Translations under genes and position numbers: made by a program
The notes under the pieces: model-generated
The model's input: only the letters and a program-made list of their open reading frames with translations
Database searches by the model: none
What the model was told of the DNA's origin: nothing
Virus record (IMG/VR): IMGVR_UViG_3300014059_000004
DNA: 64,000 bases
Origin: a virus
Reading direction: 5' to 3' (one strand)
Shown: one piece after another, positions 36,925-47,118 of the stretch
How the letters are laid out: every line of letters begins with the position of its first letter
Position numbering within the stretch: the stretch's first letter is position 1

Positions 36925-38009
36925 TTATTGGTGGACAACTATGAGAAAATTTGATTCTAAAAAGAAAGCACTAGCTCGTCAAGAATTTCTTGACTCTCTA
37001 ACTCATGTAGGTCTGACGACGGTTGAATTGAAGCGCCTGGCATCAGACCTACATTATAGTTTGTCTATGATTTATGATCTAATTGTGAGAGATCACAATG
37101 ATATTGTTACACGTTTTCGTTTTTCAAAACGATCAATTGTAAATCTGTTTCATAAACTAGGCATAGTTCATAACAATAAACTTTACTTGAGATTGCCTCA
37201 AGAAGTTAAGTTGCAGTTCAAATATCCTAAGGGAACTTCTCTTGAAGAGATAAAAAAGATCTGTTCACAACAATCTTCAAAAGGTGCTAAGACTACTCAT
37301 CGTATTAGAAAGGCATGGGATGCATACACGCCCAAAAATAATACTGAATATTATCTCAATAAAGGATATTCTCTTGACGAAGCAAATGTTAAATCGTCAG
37401 CCTTTCGAAAAAGTAAGTCTCCATTCTCAAGATCATTTTCGAACTATCAACAGCTTGCTGCTGATGACGTTCTAGAACTAATTCGTGAACTCTCAAGAAA
37501 TAGAGGGCTTAAAGGGCTTGTTAGTATGCGTGCTCGCAATTCGAAACTCGAATTGCGAGTTGTATCTGAATTGCTAAACAAAGATATTCATTGTGAAACA
37601 CAGAAAATTTTGGGCAAATTTGCATATGATGTTTTTGTACCAAGATTCAATCTGATCATTGAAGTAAATGGAACGTACTGGCACGCAGATCCACGCGTTT
37701 ATAACGCTGATGATCTAATTCAATTTCCGTACGGGCAAGTTAAGGCAAGTGAAAAATGGTCAAAAGATGAGATAAAGTTGGCTTATGCCAGATCAATTGG
37801 CTATAATGTTTGTGTGTTGTGGGAAGCGGACTTGAAAAAAGAAGGTTACCTTGACGAATTCATCAAATCAATCAATGACAGCTATGCAGATGACAACTGA
37901 ATTCGTTGAAATTGACAGCATTTCCATTGACGAAGAAACACCTGACGTATATGACATAACAGTTGAAGATACACATTGTTTTTTTGCTGATGGTTCGCTA
38001 GTCCATAAT
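36619..38009 (+). mobile_element. fractured-gene element in dnaE: split intein plus interposed homing-endonuclease gene
   Basis: The extein junction restores DnaE 'TSA-C-IGG' ('S[AG]C' motif). The three ORFs are in three frames. Confidence 0.6.
36941..37900 (+). CDS. free-standing homing endonuclease (Vsr-like PD-(D/E)xK) between dnaE split-intein halves
   Basis: 'IIEVNGTYWHADP...VCVLWEADL' Vsr-like motif. Confidence 0.5.
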   Translation: MRKFDSKKKALARQEFLDSLTHVGLTTVELKRLASDLHYSLSMIYDLIVRDHNDIVTRFRFSKRSIVNLFHKLGIVHNNKLYLRLPQEVKLQFKYPKGTSLEEIKKICSQQSSKGAKTTHRIRKAWDAYTPKNNTEYYLNKGYSLDEANVKSSAFRKSKSPFSRSFSNYQQLAADDVLELIRELSRNRGLKGLVSMRARNSKLELRVVSELLNKDIHCETQKILGKFAYDVFVPRFNLIIEVNGTYWHADPRVYNADDLIQFPYGQVKASEKWSKDEIKLAYARSIGYNVCVLWEADLKKEGYLDEFIKSINDSYADDN

Positions 38010-41000
38010 TGCATCGGCGGGTTTCCCTCTTGGAGCGTATTCCAAGTGCTTCAGGGAATTTCGTTCGATAATCTCAACCAGTCGCTCCTTGACGACAAGG
38101 CTCTTCTTGATAAGTGCGTTGATGCTGTCGGAAATACGTACGACATGATGGTGTCTGCGGTTGGTGAAGGAAATTACTTCCTCGAGCTGCAGTTCAACCG
38201 TCTGCCGGCGCAGAACCTTGTCAACCGTGCAATCATTGAGTTTGCAACCAGAAATGGTTTGCAAAAACAACTTGTTGTCACTGGGGATGCGCACTACTAC
38301 AATCCAGACGTTTGGAAGGAGCGCGAGCTCTACAAAAAGCTGGGTTGGATGAACTACCAGACGATCGATCCCAATTCACTTCCAAAGTCTCGAGATGAGC
38401 TGAAGTGCGAACTTTACCCAAAGAACGCGCCTCAGATGTGGGATGAGTACTTGAAGTCGAAGGTCGATACGTCTTTTTACGATGATCAGATCATCTGTGA
38501 TGCAATTGAGCGAACCCACGACATCGCGCATCACCTCATTGGTGAGGTTAAACCAGATCGATCGCAAAAGTTTCCAACTGAGCGCCTCATCCCACCGGGT
38601 GAGAAGTCATTCAACCATCTCGTGAAGTTGTGCAAGGATGGGATGGTGAAGCGGGGGCTCGATGGCAAGGATGAATACCTTGATCGTTTGAAAGAAGAGC
38701 TCGGCGTCATCAAGCAGATGAAGAATGCTGACTACTTCATCTCGTACCAAAAGATCATCGAGCTAGCTCGAAAAGTTGTCCTACTTGGTCCTGCGCGAGG
38801 TAGTGGTGGAGGTTCTCTGGTGAATTATGTGCTTTACATCACTGATCTCGATCCAGTCAAGTGGGATCTACCATTTTCGAGATTTCTTTCTGTGCACCGC
38901 GTCGGTGCACCAGACATTGATAGCGACGTTGCTGATCGTGACAAGGTTCTTGACCAGCTACGTAATTTCTTTGGTTATGAGAACGTTGTTCCAATCTCGA
39001 ACTACAACGCCTTCAAGGTGAAGAGTCTCTTGAAGGACATCAGCAAGTTCTATGGGATTCCGTTCGATGAAGTCAACGCAGCGACTAGAACTGTCGAAGA
39101 CTCTGTTCGCCGCGCAACGATGAAGGAAGGTGATGACAAGAACCTATTCGTGCTCACGTACGATGAGGGTTTGAAGTACGACAAAGCATTTTCAGACTTC
39201 ATTGCGCGGCACCCTGAGGTTGGCGAATCTATGAACGTTCTGTTCAAGCAGAATCGTTCTCTTGGTCGCCATGCAGGTGGCGTTCTAATTGCTGATGACC
39301 TTCCAAACAAGATGCCGCTGATCACCAGCAAGGGTGAACCGCAGAGTCCTTGGGTCGAAGGCGTCAACTTCAAGCACCTTGAGAAGATCGGAAATTTCAT
39401 CAAGTACGACATCCTTGGTCTTGAAACGTTGAGGTTGATCGAAAGAACGATCGAGCTAATCCTCATCAAAGAGGGAAATGCAGCCCCGACGTTCGATGAC
39501 ATTAAGACGTGGTATGAAAATAACATGTCGCCCGACGTCATCGATCTTGACGATCAAGAAGTCTTCAAGGTATATAGCGAAGGAAGACATGCTGGTATAT
39601 TTCAGCTAACGTCGAAGGGTGCTCAGCAACTTTTCAAGAAAGCTCGACCAAAGAGCATCATCGATATCGCGGCTTTGACGTCTATTTATCGACCAGGTCC
39701 GCTAGCAGCTCACGTTGACAAGCTGTGGTTGAAGCATGAAGTTGAACCGTACGATTGGGGTCATCCACTTATTAACGCCACACTAGAAAAAACACGTGGT
39801 CTGCTAGTGTTCCAAGAGGGCGTCATGGCCCTTGTCAACAAAGTTTCAGGTTTTCCGTTGTCTGAAACTGATGAAGTTCGTAGAGCTATCATGAAGCGCA
39901 GCATCTCAGGTGGTGAGGCTGCGAAGAAGAAGATGAAGGAGCTTGAAGACAGCATTGTTGCTGGTGCTGTGAAGAACGGTGTTCCGGAAGCAACTGCTCG
40001 CAAGATGTATGAAACTATATGTTTTATGAGTGGCTATGGCTTCAATGCGTCTCATGCTGTTGCTTATGCCATTGATTCGTACTGGTGTGCCTGGTTGCTA
40101 ACGCACTACGAAGAGCAATGGTTGTGTGCTTATCTCGAGTCGATGTCAAACACCCCAGAACAACGAGCAAAAGCTTTCAGCGAAGTGAAGGCTTTGGGCT
40201 ACCAGATCGTCCCAATCGATATCAACCAAGCTGCGTTGGGCTGGACTGTGCTGCCTGGCAAGAAATTGATGCCATCGATGACAAGCTGCAAGGGTGTTGG
40301 TGATTCAGCAGTTGAAGAAATCATGGAAAACAGACCTTACGAGACAATTGAAGATCTGTTGTGGGATGATGAATTCAACTGGAAACACAGCAAGTTCAAC
40401 AAGAGGGCTCTAGAAGCTCTCATCAAGATCGGTGCATTTGGTTCAATGAACATCGTTGGCGAAGGTAAGCTCTTCAGCAGCTACAAGCACATGCACGATG
40501 TCATCGTTGGATCTCACGTTGAGACAGTGACAAAGAAGAGGAAGGGAGAAGTTTCAACGTTCGAAGCTGAGATAGATCATAACGCTCTGATAAAGCGACA
40601 TCCCAAGAGCGATCCAACTGAAGGTTTGAAGAACTTCTTTGAGCTTGTTCGAAAGTACGCCGGGCAACCTGATTGGTCTTCTATCGAGAAGACTCAAAAC
40701 ATGGTTGAAGTGTTCGGCACCTTGGATGTGACAGCGATGATCGATCCTCGGTTGCTCGATGCCCTAGATGGGAAGGGTGTAGTTCCAGTCGAAGATGTTG
40801 AGCTCGGCGAGATAAAAGTTTGCTGGTTTGTCGTCACTCCTACTTCACCCAAGAAGGGTGCAAAGCCCGTGACTGGCGTGAAGCGCAAGACAAAGAACGG
40901 AAAAGAGTACGTTCAGCTCTTTGCAACCGGTCCGACAGGCAAGCCAAATCGCATCAGCGTGTGGGGTTGCAAAGAGCTGCTTCAACCGTTCACGTTGTAC

Positions 41001-41183
41001 TGCGCTGAAGTTGAGAGGAACGAGTTTGGAATGTCGACTGCGGTGTTCAAGATGAGAAAATTGGGATTAGCGCTTGCTGCCCATCTTCAGATTCTTGGAA
41101 TCATTAGCGCTCCAGTTGTATCCACCGCCGACAGCGCCGGGTCCACCACCATGAGAGAATCCAGTTGGATTTCCCCATGCTGA
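37851..41183 (+). CDS. dnaE: split-intein IntC (about 37890-38009) fused to DnaE (Pol III alpha) C-terminal extein (palm, fingers, beta-binding, OB)
   Basis: 'VYDITVEDTHCFFADGSLVHN|CIGG'. Then 'LGPARGSGGGSLVNYVLYITDLDPVKW', 'GAPDIDSDV' and 'GIFQL' DnaE signatures. Confidence 0.75.
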   Translation: MTNSSNQSMTAMQMTTEFVEIDSISIDEETPDVYDITVEDTHCFFADGSLVHNCIGGFPSWSVFQVLQGISFDNLNQSLLDDKALLDKCVDAVGNTYDMMVSAVGEGNYFLELQFNRLPAQNLVNRAIIEFATRNGLQKQLVVTGDAHYYNPDVWKERELYKKLGWMNYQTIDPNSLPKSRDELKCELYPKNAPQMWDEYLKSKVDTSFYDDQIICDAIERTHDIAHHLIGEVKPDRSQKFPTERLIPPGEKSFNHLVKLCKDGMVKRGLDGKDEYLDRLKEELGVIKQMKNADYFISYQKIIELARKVVLLGPARGSGGGSLVNYVLYITDLDPVKWDLPFSRFLSVHRVGAPDIDSDVADRDKVLDQLRNFFGYENVVPISNYNAFKVKSLLKDISKFYGIPFDEVNAATRTVEDSVRRATMKEGDDKNLFVLTYDEGLKYDKAFSDFIARHPEVGESMNVLFKQNRSLGRHAGGVLIADDLPNKMPLITSKGEPQSPWVEGVNFKHLEKIGNFIKYDILGLETLRLIERTIELILIKEGNAAPTFDDIKTWYENNMSPDVIDLDDQEVFKVYSEGRHAGIFQLTSKGAQQLFKKARPKSIIDIAALTSIYRPGPLAAHVDKLWLKHEVEPYDWGHPLINATLEKTRGLLVFQEGVMALVNKVSGFPLSETDEVRRAIMKRSISGGEAAKKKMKELEDSIVAGAVKNGVPEATARKMYETICFMSGYGFNASHAVAYAIDSYWCAWLLTHYEEQWLCAYLESMSNTPEQRAKAFSEVKALGYQIVPIDINQAALGWTVLPGKKLMPSMTSCKGVGDSAVEEIMENRPYETIEDLLWDDEFNWKHSKFNKRALEALIKIGAFGSMNIVGEGKLFSSYKHMHDVIVGSHVETVTKKRKGEVSTFEAEIDHNALIKRHPKSDPTEGLKNFFELVRKYAGQPDWSSIEKTQNMVEVFGTLDVTAMIDPRLLDALDGKGVVPVEDVELGEIKVCWFVVTPTSPKKGAKPVTGVKRKTKNGKEYVQLFATGPTGKPNRISVWGCKELLQPFTLYCAEVERNEFGMSTAVFKMRKLGLALAAHLQILGIISAPVVSTADSAGSTTMRESSWISPC

Positions 41184-41570
41184 TCCCATGCCAGTTCCAC
41201 CACCGCCCGAGCCTGCGAAAGGATTCCTGCCGTGTGCTCCAGCTCTAAATCCTCTGACGCTCTTTGTCACGTTTCTGCCAACAAACTTGAACCCAAGATC
41301 GCCAAGTTCTTTCTTGATGTGCGCAAGATCGCTAGCACCAGCTTCAGAGACTTCCATCTTTGAACCATACTTTGCTTGCGTCATGTTGCGTCCAAGAGCA
41401 TGCAAATCGATGAAGTTGTATTCATAGTTGTCATCATCTAGCTTGCTCTCTATGAAAGCCTCCAATGACATGTATTCAGGATTTTCTCGCAATTCGTTGA
41501 TTTCTTCGTCAAGATCATCCTCAAGCACTTCTGATATCAAACGTCTCAAGGCACCTAGTTGCAGCTTCAT
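41067..41570 (-). CDS. leader-family protein with Gly-rich C-terminus (minus strand)
   Basis: 'MKLQLGALRRLISEVLEDD' leader. C-terminal 'GSGGGGTGMGSAWGNPTGFSHGGGPGAVGGG'. Confidence 0.4.
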   Translation of the reverse strand: MKLQLGALRRLISEVLEDDLDEEINELRENPEYMSLEAFIESKLDDDNYEYNFIDLHALGRNMTQAKYGSKMEVSEAGASDLAHIKKELGDLGFKFVGRNVTKSVRGFRAGAHGRNPFAGSGGGGTGMGSAWGNPTGFSHGGGPGAVGGGYNWSANDSKNLKMGSKR

Positions 41571-41609
41571 GCTGTGTAAATATCGCGTTAATGTGTTAAA
41601 CTGGTAAAT

Positions 41610-42173
41610 ATGAACAATCGTCCATCCTATTGGTCTAAGTCAGTTGCGGAAAAAGTGGTTGAATCTCTCATGCCCGACATCTTCAAGCTGGTCGGAGAAG
41701 ATGCAAAAGAAGATCAGCAGTACGTAGATGACATGAAAGAAGATTTGCTCAGAGCTATTGATCTCGAAGATGATGAGTATCGCATCTGCAGGAACCTAGA
41801 ACGTTCAACGTGGGAAGTTGATTCAGCATTGTATGATATCATGAGCAAGGTTGCGTACTTGCGCACAAAGCACCATTATACTGAAGAAAAGGAATGGGTG
41901 AAACAGCATTCGATTAATCTCGAATATTCTGTGGGCCAACGAGTGACCTTCAAGAAGCCTAATGGGACCCAGGTTGAGGGTGAGGTGATCAAGCTGCATG
42001 AGGATCGTGCTTCATACACTGTCTACTGCGAAAGTGAAGGTCACGTGAGGTCTGGTGTCGGAACACACGGCCTTGTTATCGCTGCCGAAGATTTGGCTCT
42101 CGTCCAAGAAGAGCGCCGGTCGAATTTTAGCGTCGTTTCTCCGGGCGTTGGGTCTAGAGAGAATGACGTCTGA
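41610..42173 (+). CDS. hypothetical protein
   Basis: 187-aa ORF. Confidence 0.3.
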   Translation: MNNRPSYWSKSVAEKVVESLMPDIFKLVGEDAKEDQQYVDDMKEDLLRAIDLEDDEYRICRNLERSTWEVDSALYDIMSKVAYLRTKHHYTEEKEWVKQHSINLEYSVGQRVTFKKPNGTQVEGEVIKLHEDRASYTVYCESEGHVRSGVGTHGLVIAAEDLALVQEERRSNFSVVSPGVGSRENDV

Positions 42174-42378
42174 GGATCTTGTTCAGATCGATTGTCCAAT
42201 TTGCGGGTGTCTATTCTGGTCGTTCAACCCAGAAAAATGGACTGTTAACAGGAAGGTTTGTTCACGGTGCTGGAAGCTAGCGAAACCAGCGTTCATTGAA
42301 TCAATGCTTGAAAGCTTGAGTCATTTTTCTGTGAACAGGAATGATGCTACGTAGTAGTATGATCCGAAAGAAGGAAAC

Positions 42379-42924
42379 GTGACGTCAGAGCAAAAAATAG
42401 TGATGATATGTGGTCCTGATATGACGGGAAAAACTCAAATTGCGCAAGAGTTGTCGCGTCGAACAGGGCTTCCGTACTTCAAAGCAACATCAGAGCACAC
42501 TTCATTCTTGTCTTCAAGAGTTTCAAAGAACGATCAGTTTTTGAGCCAGCTACGATTTGCAGATCCACGAGTCCTTGACTTGCTGCGGCAAACGGGACAC
42601 AGCGTCATATTTGATCGCGCGTATCCTTGCGAGTATTCGTACTCCAAGGTGTTGGGCCGTGAAACTGACATGAAGATGCTCTACCACGTTGACGAAGCAT
42701 GGGCTAACATTGGCGCCCGCGTCGTTCTGTGTCATCGATCATCGTACGTTGGCATTGAAGATGACTTGGATCCAACTATCAACGCTGAGGTTCTTCAAAA
42801 GCTTCACGATGAGTACTTCACTTTTGCATCATGGACGAAGACGAAGCTTCTGAAGCTTAACGTTGATGATGAAGATCTAGAGCGTGAGATGCGAGAGGTT
42901 CTTGCATTCATCAAGGGATTATAA
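42379..42924 (+). CDS. P-loop kinase (dNMP kinase-like; candidate modified-nucleotide kinase)
   Basis: 'IVMICGPDMTGKTQIAQEL' Walker A. 'FDRAYP' substrate loop. Confidence 0.45.
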   Translation: MTSEQKIVMICGPDMTGKTQIAQELSRRTGLPYFKATSEHTSFLSSRVSKNDQFLSQLRFADPRVLDLLRQTGHSVIFDRAYPCEYSYSKVLGRETDMKMLYHVDEAWANIGARVVLCHRSSYVGIEDDLDPTINAEVLQKLHDEYFTFASWTKTKLLKLNVDDEDLEREMREVLAFIKGL

Positions 42925-43607
42925 TGGCAAAGATCATAAACTACGATTCTGAATTTTTTGACGACGGCAGGAAGTACTTCGCTCGCGGCCTTCCGGCATG
43001 GAAGGACTTCGTCTTGAAGGATTTGAAAGCCACGTCGATTGCCGATTTTGGCTGCGGTCAAGGTGATTGGCTCGAACCTCTTGAAGGCATCATCCCGATC
43101 TGGTGCTGCGACGGTTATGCTGACATGACAGCATTGAGAGTCAACCAATCAAACTTCAGAAAGATAGACATCGGAACTGTGAAGCCTAGCACGCTTGATG
43201 TTGGCCCACGTGACGTTGTCATGTCGCTTGAAGCGATGGAGCACGTTTGCAACGTTCATGAAGGCAATTTCTTGGACTGCATGCTGCTGCCAAATCCTCG
43301 CATCGTTGTTTTTGGTGTTGCATCTGGTCGTGGCACTTACGATCCCAACCAAGGAAAGATCAATCGTTTGGGCGAATTCGTCCCGGGTGGTCCTGATTGG
43401 CTGCCGCAGTTCGGACGTCACCACGTGAACTGTCAACCGGTCTCTGTCGTTGAGGGAAAGATGCTGAAGAGAGGCTACGTTGTAGATCCCGTTCTTACAT
43501 CAAAGTTTTCCAACTTGAGAGTTCCAGGGCGCAACAAGAAGGGTCGCTTTGCGTTCGCTTCTTTCTACAGGAAGAACACTCGAGTTTACGTAAAGGCTTC
43601 CCAATGA
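42924..43607 (+). CDS. class I SAM-dependent methyltransferase
   Basis: Motif I 'IADFGCGQGDW'. ATGA-coupled to the upstream kinase. Confidence 0.55.
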   Translation: MAKIINYDSEFFDDGRKYFARGLPAWKDFVLKDLKATSIADFGCGQGDWLEPLEGIIPIWCCDGYADMTALRVNQSNFRKIDIGTVKPSTLDVGPRDVVMSLEAMEHVCNVHEGNFLDCMLLPNPRIVVFGVASGRGTYDPNQGKINRLGEFVPGGPDWLPQFGRHHVNCQPVSVVEGKMLKRGYVVDPVLTSKFSNLRVPGRNKKGRFAFASFYRKNTRVYVKASQ

Positions 43608-43906
43608 GCATTGTCATAGCTGTTCTAACGTACATTATAGCTGTCGTACCCGTCTTCGTGATTGGTTTCATCATCGGAGACATACGACGAGACATTGCTG
43701 CGATCAGGGTGATGAGCTCTGAAAGGATGACAACGGCTACTGATCTGATGAACATTCATGGGCTGATATCTTCTGGCAACGTTCAAGCTGCCGATGAATA
43801 CGTCAACAGCACATTTTACTCAATTGCTGCTCATGATCTAACAACGCCACGTCGCATACCAAACTTGATCACAGCTTCACCGGATTGCAATGACGACGAA
43901 CACTAA
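43604..43906 (+). CDS. small membrane protein
   Basis: N-terminal TM 'IVIAVLTYIIAVVPVFVIGFIIG'. Confidence 0.3.
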   Translation: MSIVIAVLTYIIAVVPVFVIGFIIGDIRRDIAAIRVMSSERMTTATDLMNIHGLISSGNVQAADEYVNSTFYSIAAHDLTTPRRIPNLITASPDCNDDEH

Positions 43907-44408
43907 ACCATGCCCAGGGTGTTCGATCGAAATTCCAACGTGCGTGAATAGATGCTGGGATTGCGGCATAGCCAACGCAATAGAAGCTGGAGGCAAGTTT
44001 TACTGCCCAAACGAGCTGCCTGTTGGTTGCATCAAAGCTGACGGCAACATGTTTGAACACGAGCATGGTGATCATCCAGATTACAAGTTCCCTGTTAACG
44101 TTGAGTACGTTGGACCTCTGAAGATAGGTCACGTGTCAGACTATGCTACCATGATATCATCTGACGTTGAAGAGCAAAATCTAACGCTCGAAACTTTTGA
44201 CGAGGCAGAAGTTAGAGCCACGATGGGTGAGGTACATGCGCTAGTTTACACTGACGGCATCGTTGCATTGACGCTCTACGAGTACACGTACGCTCTGTGG
44301 CTCCTTGAAGATGGCGGCAAACCAATCTGCGATCAACGTTACTGGAAGAAACCTGAGTGGAGGCTTTCAGAGGCTTCGATTGAAAAGATAAAGGTGTTGA
44401 AAAGATGA
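43890..44408 (+). CDS. hypothetical Cys-rich protein
   Basis: 'CPGCSIEIPTCVNRCWDCG' Zn-ribbon-like N-terminus. Confidence 0.3.
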   Translation: MTTNTKPCPGCSIEIPTCVNRCWDCGIANAIEAGGKFYCPNELPVGCIKADGNMFEHEHGDHPDYKFPVNVEYVGPLKIGHVSDYATMISSDVEEQNLTLETFDEAEVRATMGEVHALVYTDGIVALTLYEYTYALWLLEDGGKPICDQRYWKKPEWRLSEASIEKIKVLKR

Positions 44409-44761
44409 GCAGAAGCAAAATTTGGATCGAGCTGCATTATGCTATGCTCGATGGCCGCGAAGAGTGCGTTCCCGAGTCGATAGGATGGACAAATGGGCAC
44501 ATATTCTTCAAGACCGGTCGTGCTTCAACAAGGATTAAAGCTCCGGCGTCATGGACTTTTGATGAACTAGATGGTTCGTACGATCGTGAAGCATGCGTTC
44601 AACATACTGTTGATCAAATCAGAGAAGAGATTGCTTCTGATTATGGTGAGAATCTGTTGAAGTCAATGGTTGGTCGGATGTTCGATCAAGCCAAGGCTCA
44701 CTGCGACGCAGAACACCAAGAGTACAGGAAGCAGAGCAATCCGGGCAGAAAAGGACATTGA
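44405..44761 (+). CDS. hypothetical protein
   Basis: 118-aa ORF. Confidence 0.3.
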   Translation: MSRSKIWIELHYAMLDGREECVPESIGWTNGHIFFKTGRASTRIKAPASWTFDELDGSYDREACVQHTVDQIREEIASDYGENLLKSMVGRMFDQAKAHCDAEHQEYRKQSNPGRKGH

Positions 44762-45679
44762 TTATAATGGGACAAAAACGACTTTTGATTCAAACTTGAT
44801 AGTGAGCAACGACACAAGTGCTGCTGATGTCATCGTTAGTGACTCTTTGTCTGTGATTCGCAGCAACTTCATGTTATGCTTTGCAAACCAGTGTTCCTGA
44901 GCACGATCGACATGCCATTTTCCAACGATGCTCTCAGATCGAGGCGAACCAGATTTGATATGTTCTTCGAGAGGTCGATCTAGTCCATGCCAATAGACGC
45001 CATCAACTTGAATCCAGACATCAATTGATTTAACGTAGAAGTCAATAGGCCAGTTTGTTCCTATGGGTTTGTGTTGACGTTCGATGTCATTGACACCAAA
45101 TAGTTCAACAAGAAGTTCGTGCATGCGATCTTCTGCTTTTGATTTTCGATACGAATTATTACGCTTCATAGATTCATGGTTCTTACGGACAGCTTCTTGC
45201 CAGTTAACACGAGCATATACTTCTGGTATTGCCAAAGCACTCTTAACGCCATAACGTTTCATGAATGTTTCTATTCGCTTTGTTTTTACTGCTGCAATTT
45301 GAATCACATTTTCAACGCCATATTTTTCAACATTATTTTTACGTCGTAGTTTTTTATGTTCTTCTACTTGCATAGGACTAACAGAACCGAATTTCTTAAG
45401 AGACGTAGCACGTCGTTTTGCTTCGACATCTGGATGTTGTGAGGGGCGCACAGTTCCCCAACGTGATACCCACGTCTGTTCAGCTAGCACCCTGATCAAT
45501 CCACCTGATTGCATGCCAACACCGAAGCAGCTTCTAGAGCACCAATGAGTTGTTCTATTGATATCACGTGATCTTCTTTTACTTTCATATTCTGCGCTGC
45601 ATGCATCGCAACGTAGTTTTATAGACACGATCTTTACGCTTCCGTTTTTCGCTTGTTTAGATGTCACTGTAAGAATCAT
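44762..45679 (-). CDS. free-standing homing endonuclease (Vsr-like), minus strand
   Basis: 'CDACSAEY' Zn-finger. Repeated basic modules. 'IDFYVKSIDVWIQVDGVYWHG' Vsr-like motif. Confidence 0.5.
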   Translation of the reverse strand: MILTVTSKQAKNGSVKIVSIKLRCDACSAEYESKRRSRDINRTTHWCSRSCFGVGMQSGGLIRVLAEQTWVSRWGTVRPSQHPDVEAKRRATSLKKFGSVSPMQVEEHKKLRRKNNVEKYGVENVIQIAAVKTKRIETFMKRYGVKSALAIPEVYARVNWQEAVRKNHESMKRNNSYRKSKAEDRMHELLVELFGVNDIERQHKPIGTNWPIDFYVKSIDVWIQVDGVYWHGLDRPLEEHIKSGSPRSESIVGKWHVDRAQEHWFAKHNMKLLRITDKESLTMTSAALVSLLTIKFESKVVFVPL

Positions 45680-45717
45680 TATATGTACCTATGTCGTTTA
45701 CAATATAGAGTATATGC

Positions 45718-47073
45718 ATGAAAAGACTCCTGATAGAGACGCAGTTGTCAAATTATGATGTGAATGGGAAATTTATCCTAGAATGTGATTCAGGGTGGAA
45801 TATGGTCATGGGTCGCGTAAGGGTGATGCTTCAGCTGAACCCAGAGCTGCACATCACAGTGATGATCCCGCAGCTTGGTGATGACGGCAGAAAGAGACAA
45901 GTTGTAACTGATCCCTGGGATGTGTACCCAGATCTTTGGGATCGTTACGGTGCAGATGGTGATAATCGTCTAGCGTTCTTTGAGCACAACATCATCGGAA
46001 ATGCTCTTGTGACTCGTTATGATTTTGACTGGACGGGTCTAGCTGTCGGTCTAAATCTCGGGATGCAGAAGTTGAGCCGCGCTCCCAAGTGGGACGCAGT
46101 TTACATCAACGATCCAATGCATCTAAGAGCTTTCAAGGCGATGTTCCACGTTGTTGGTGGATACCAACCCAAGTTTTTCGTGCATTCCCACTTCGTGGAT
46201 GTGCCATCATGTCCAAAGTTTCCAGCCGAAGCGTCGCTGTGGCTCGGTCAATGCGAAGCAGCGATGAAAGCCGATTGGAACTTCTGGCAGTGCGAATCTG
46301 CGTTGGCAGAGTTTGAAGTTGAAGCCAGGAAGCTTTACAGAGATGAAGTTGTTCAAAAGATCCTCGAAAAGTCTTCACCGTGGGATGACGGATACTCTCG
46401 AGAAGAGATCACATCACTAGTCAACTTCGACAATCTTAGGTTTGATGTCAACCTGGTCGAGAAGCTGCAATCAGCCGGCAAGAAGATCATCTTTGTCCCG
46501 AACCGTATCGGTGAAGCAGGGGTGTCTAGCGACTACACGAACTGCGGCAAGTTCATGTTTGACATCTTGCCAAAGCTTCACAATCGTCGCCAAGACTTCG
46601 TTGTCATTGCTGGAAATCCCAGCCAGAAGATCTCTAACTCTAGCTTGCAAGATCGCTGCGGCCGTCACGGCTACGTGTCTCTTGTCTCTGGCCCGCTTAA
46701 CAGAGATGAATTCAAGTACATAGCCTCCAGAGCTGAGATATCTGTTGGGTTGTACGATCAGGACACGTACGGTGGAACGGCTGCTAGAGAATGCACAGAA
46801 TTGGGATGTATACCTTTTTGGATTTCTTGTAATGAATATTCTAAGCTGGCTCGAGATGCAGGAGGGCACCCTTTCATGGGCTCGCCAGACTTTTCTGATG
46901 CACCAGACGTGCTGAGCAAGTTGCTCGATGAGTTCAGCGAGCTGAGAGCTCACACCGTCGACATGAATGATCTTCGTGAACGTCTCCGTGATGCTGTTAG
47001 AGCTCGGTGCTCTTACGAGGTGACGACGCTTTCAGCAATGCGGAAGATGAACTTGCTCTGCAACGTCGACTAA
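45718..47073 (+). CDS. putative GT-B-fold glycosyltransferase
   Basis: 'KIIFVPNRIGEAG...VVIAGNP' and 'GGTAARECTELGCIPF' resemble the GT-B C-terminal nucleotide-sugar-binding motif. Weak. Confidence 0.35.
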   Translation: MKRLLIETQLSNYDVNGKFILECDSGWNMVMGRVRVMLQLNPELHITVMIPQLGDDGRKRQVVTDPWDVYPDLWDRYGADGDNRLAFFEHNIIGNALVTRYDFDWTGLAVGLNLGMQKLSRAPKWDAVYINDPMHLRAFKAMFHVVGGYQPKFFVHSHFVDVPSCPKFPAEASLWLGQCEAAMKADWNFWQCESALAEFEVEARKLYRDEVVQKILEKSSPWDDGYSREEITSLVNFDNLRFDVNLVEKLQSAGKKIIFVPNRIGEAGVSSDYTNCGKFMFDILPKLHNRRQDFVVIAGNPSQKISNSSLQDRCGRHGYVSLVSGPLNRDEFKYIASRAEISVGLYDQDTYGGTAARECTELGCIPFWISCNEYSKLARDAGGHPFMGSPDFSDAPDVLSKLLDEFSELRAHTVDMNDLRERLRDAVRARCSYEVTTLSAMRKMNLLCNVD

Positions 47074-47118
47074 CACGCTGTACATTAGCCCTGTAGGTGG
47101 GTATAGTCTTACCTAGAC

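Noticed and set aside
42055-42354. 99-aa ORF with a CxxC...CxxC ribbon overlapping the end of 41610-42173.
   Set aside because: The 118-nt out-of-frame overlap and the lack of a start context make it doubtful. It is left uncalled.
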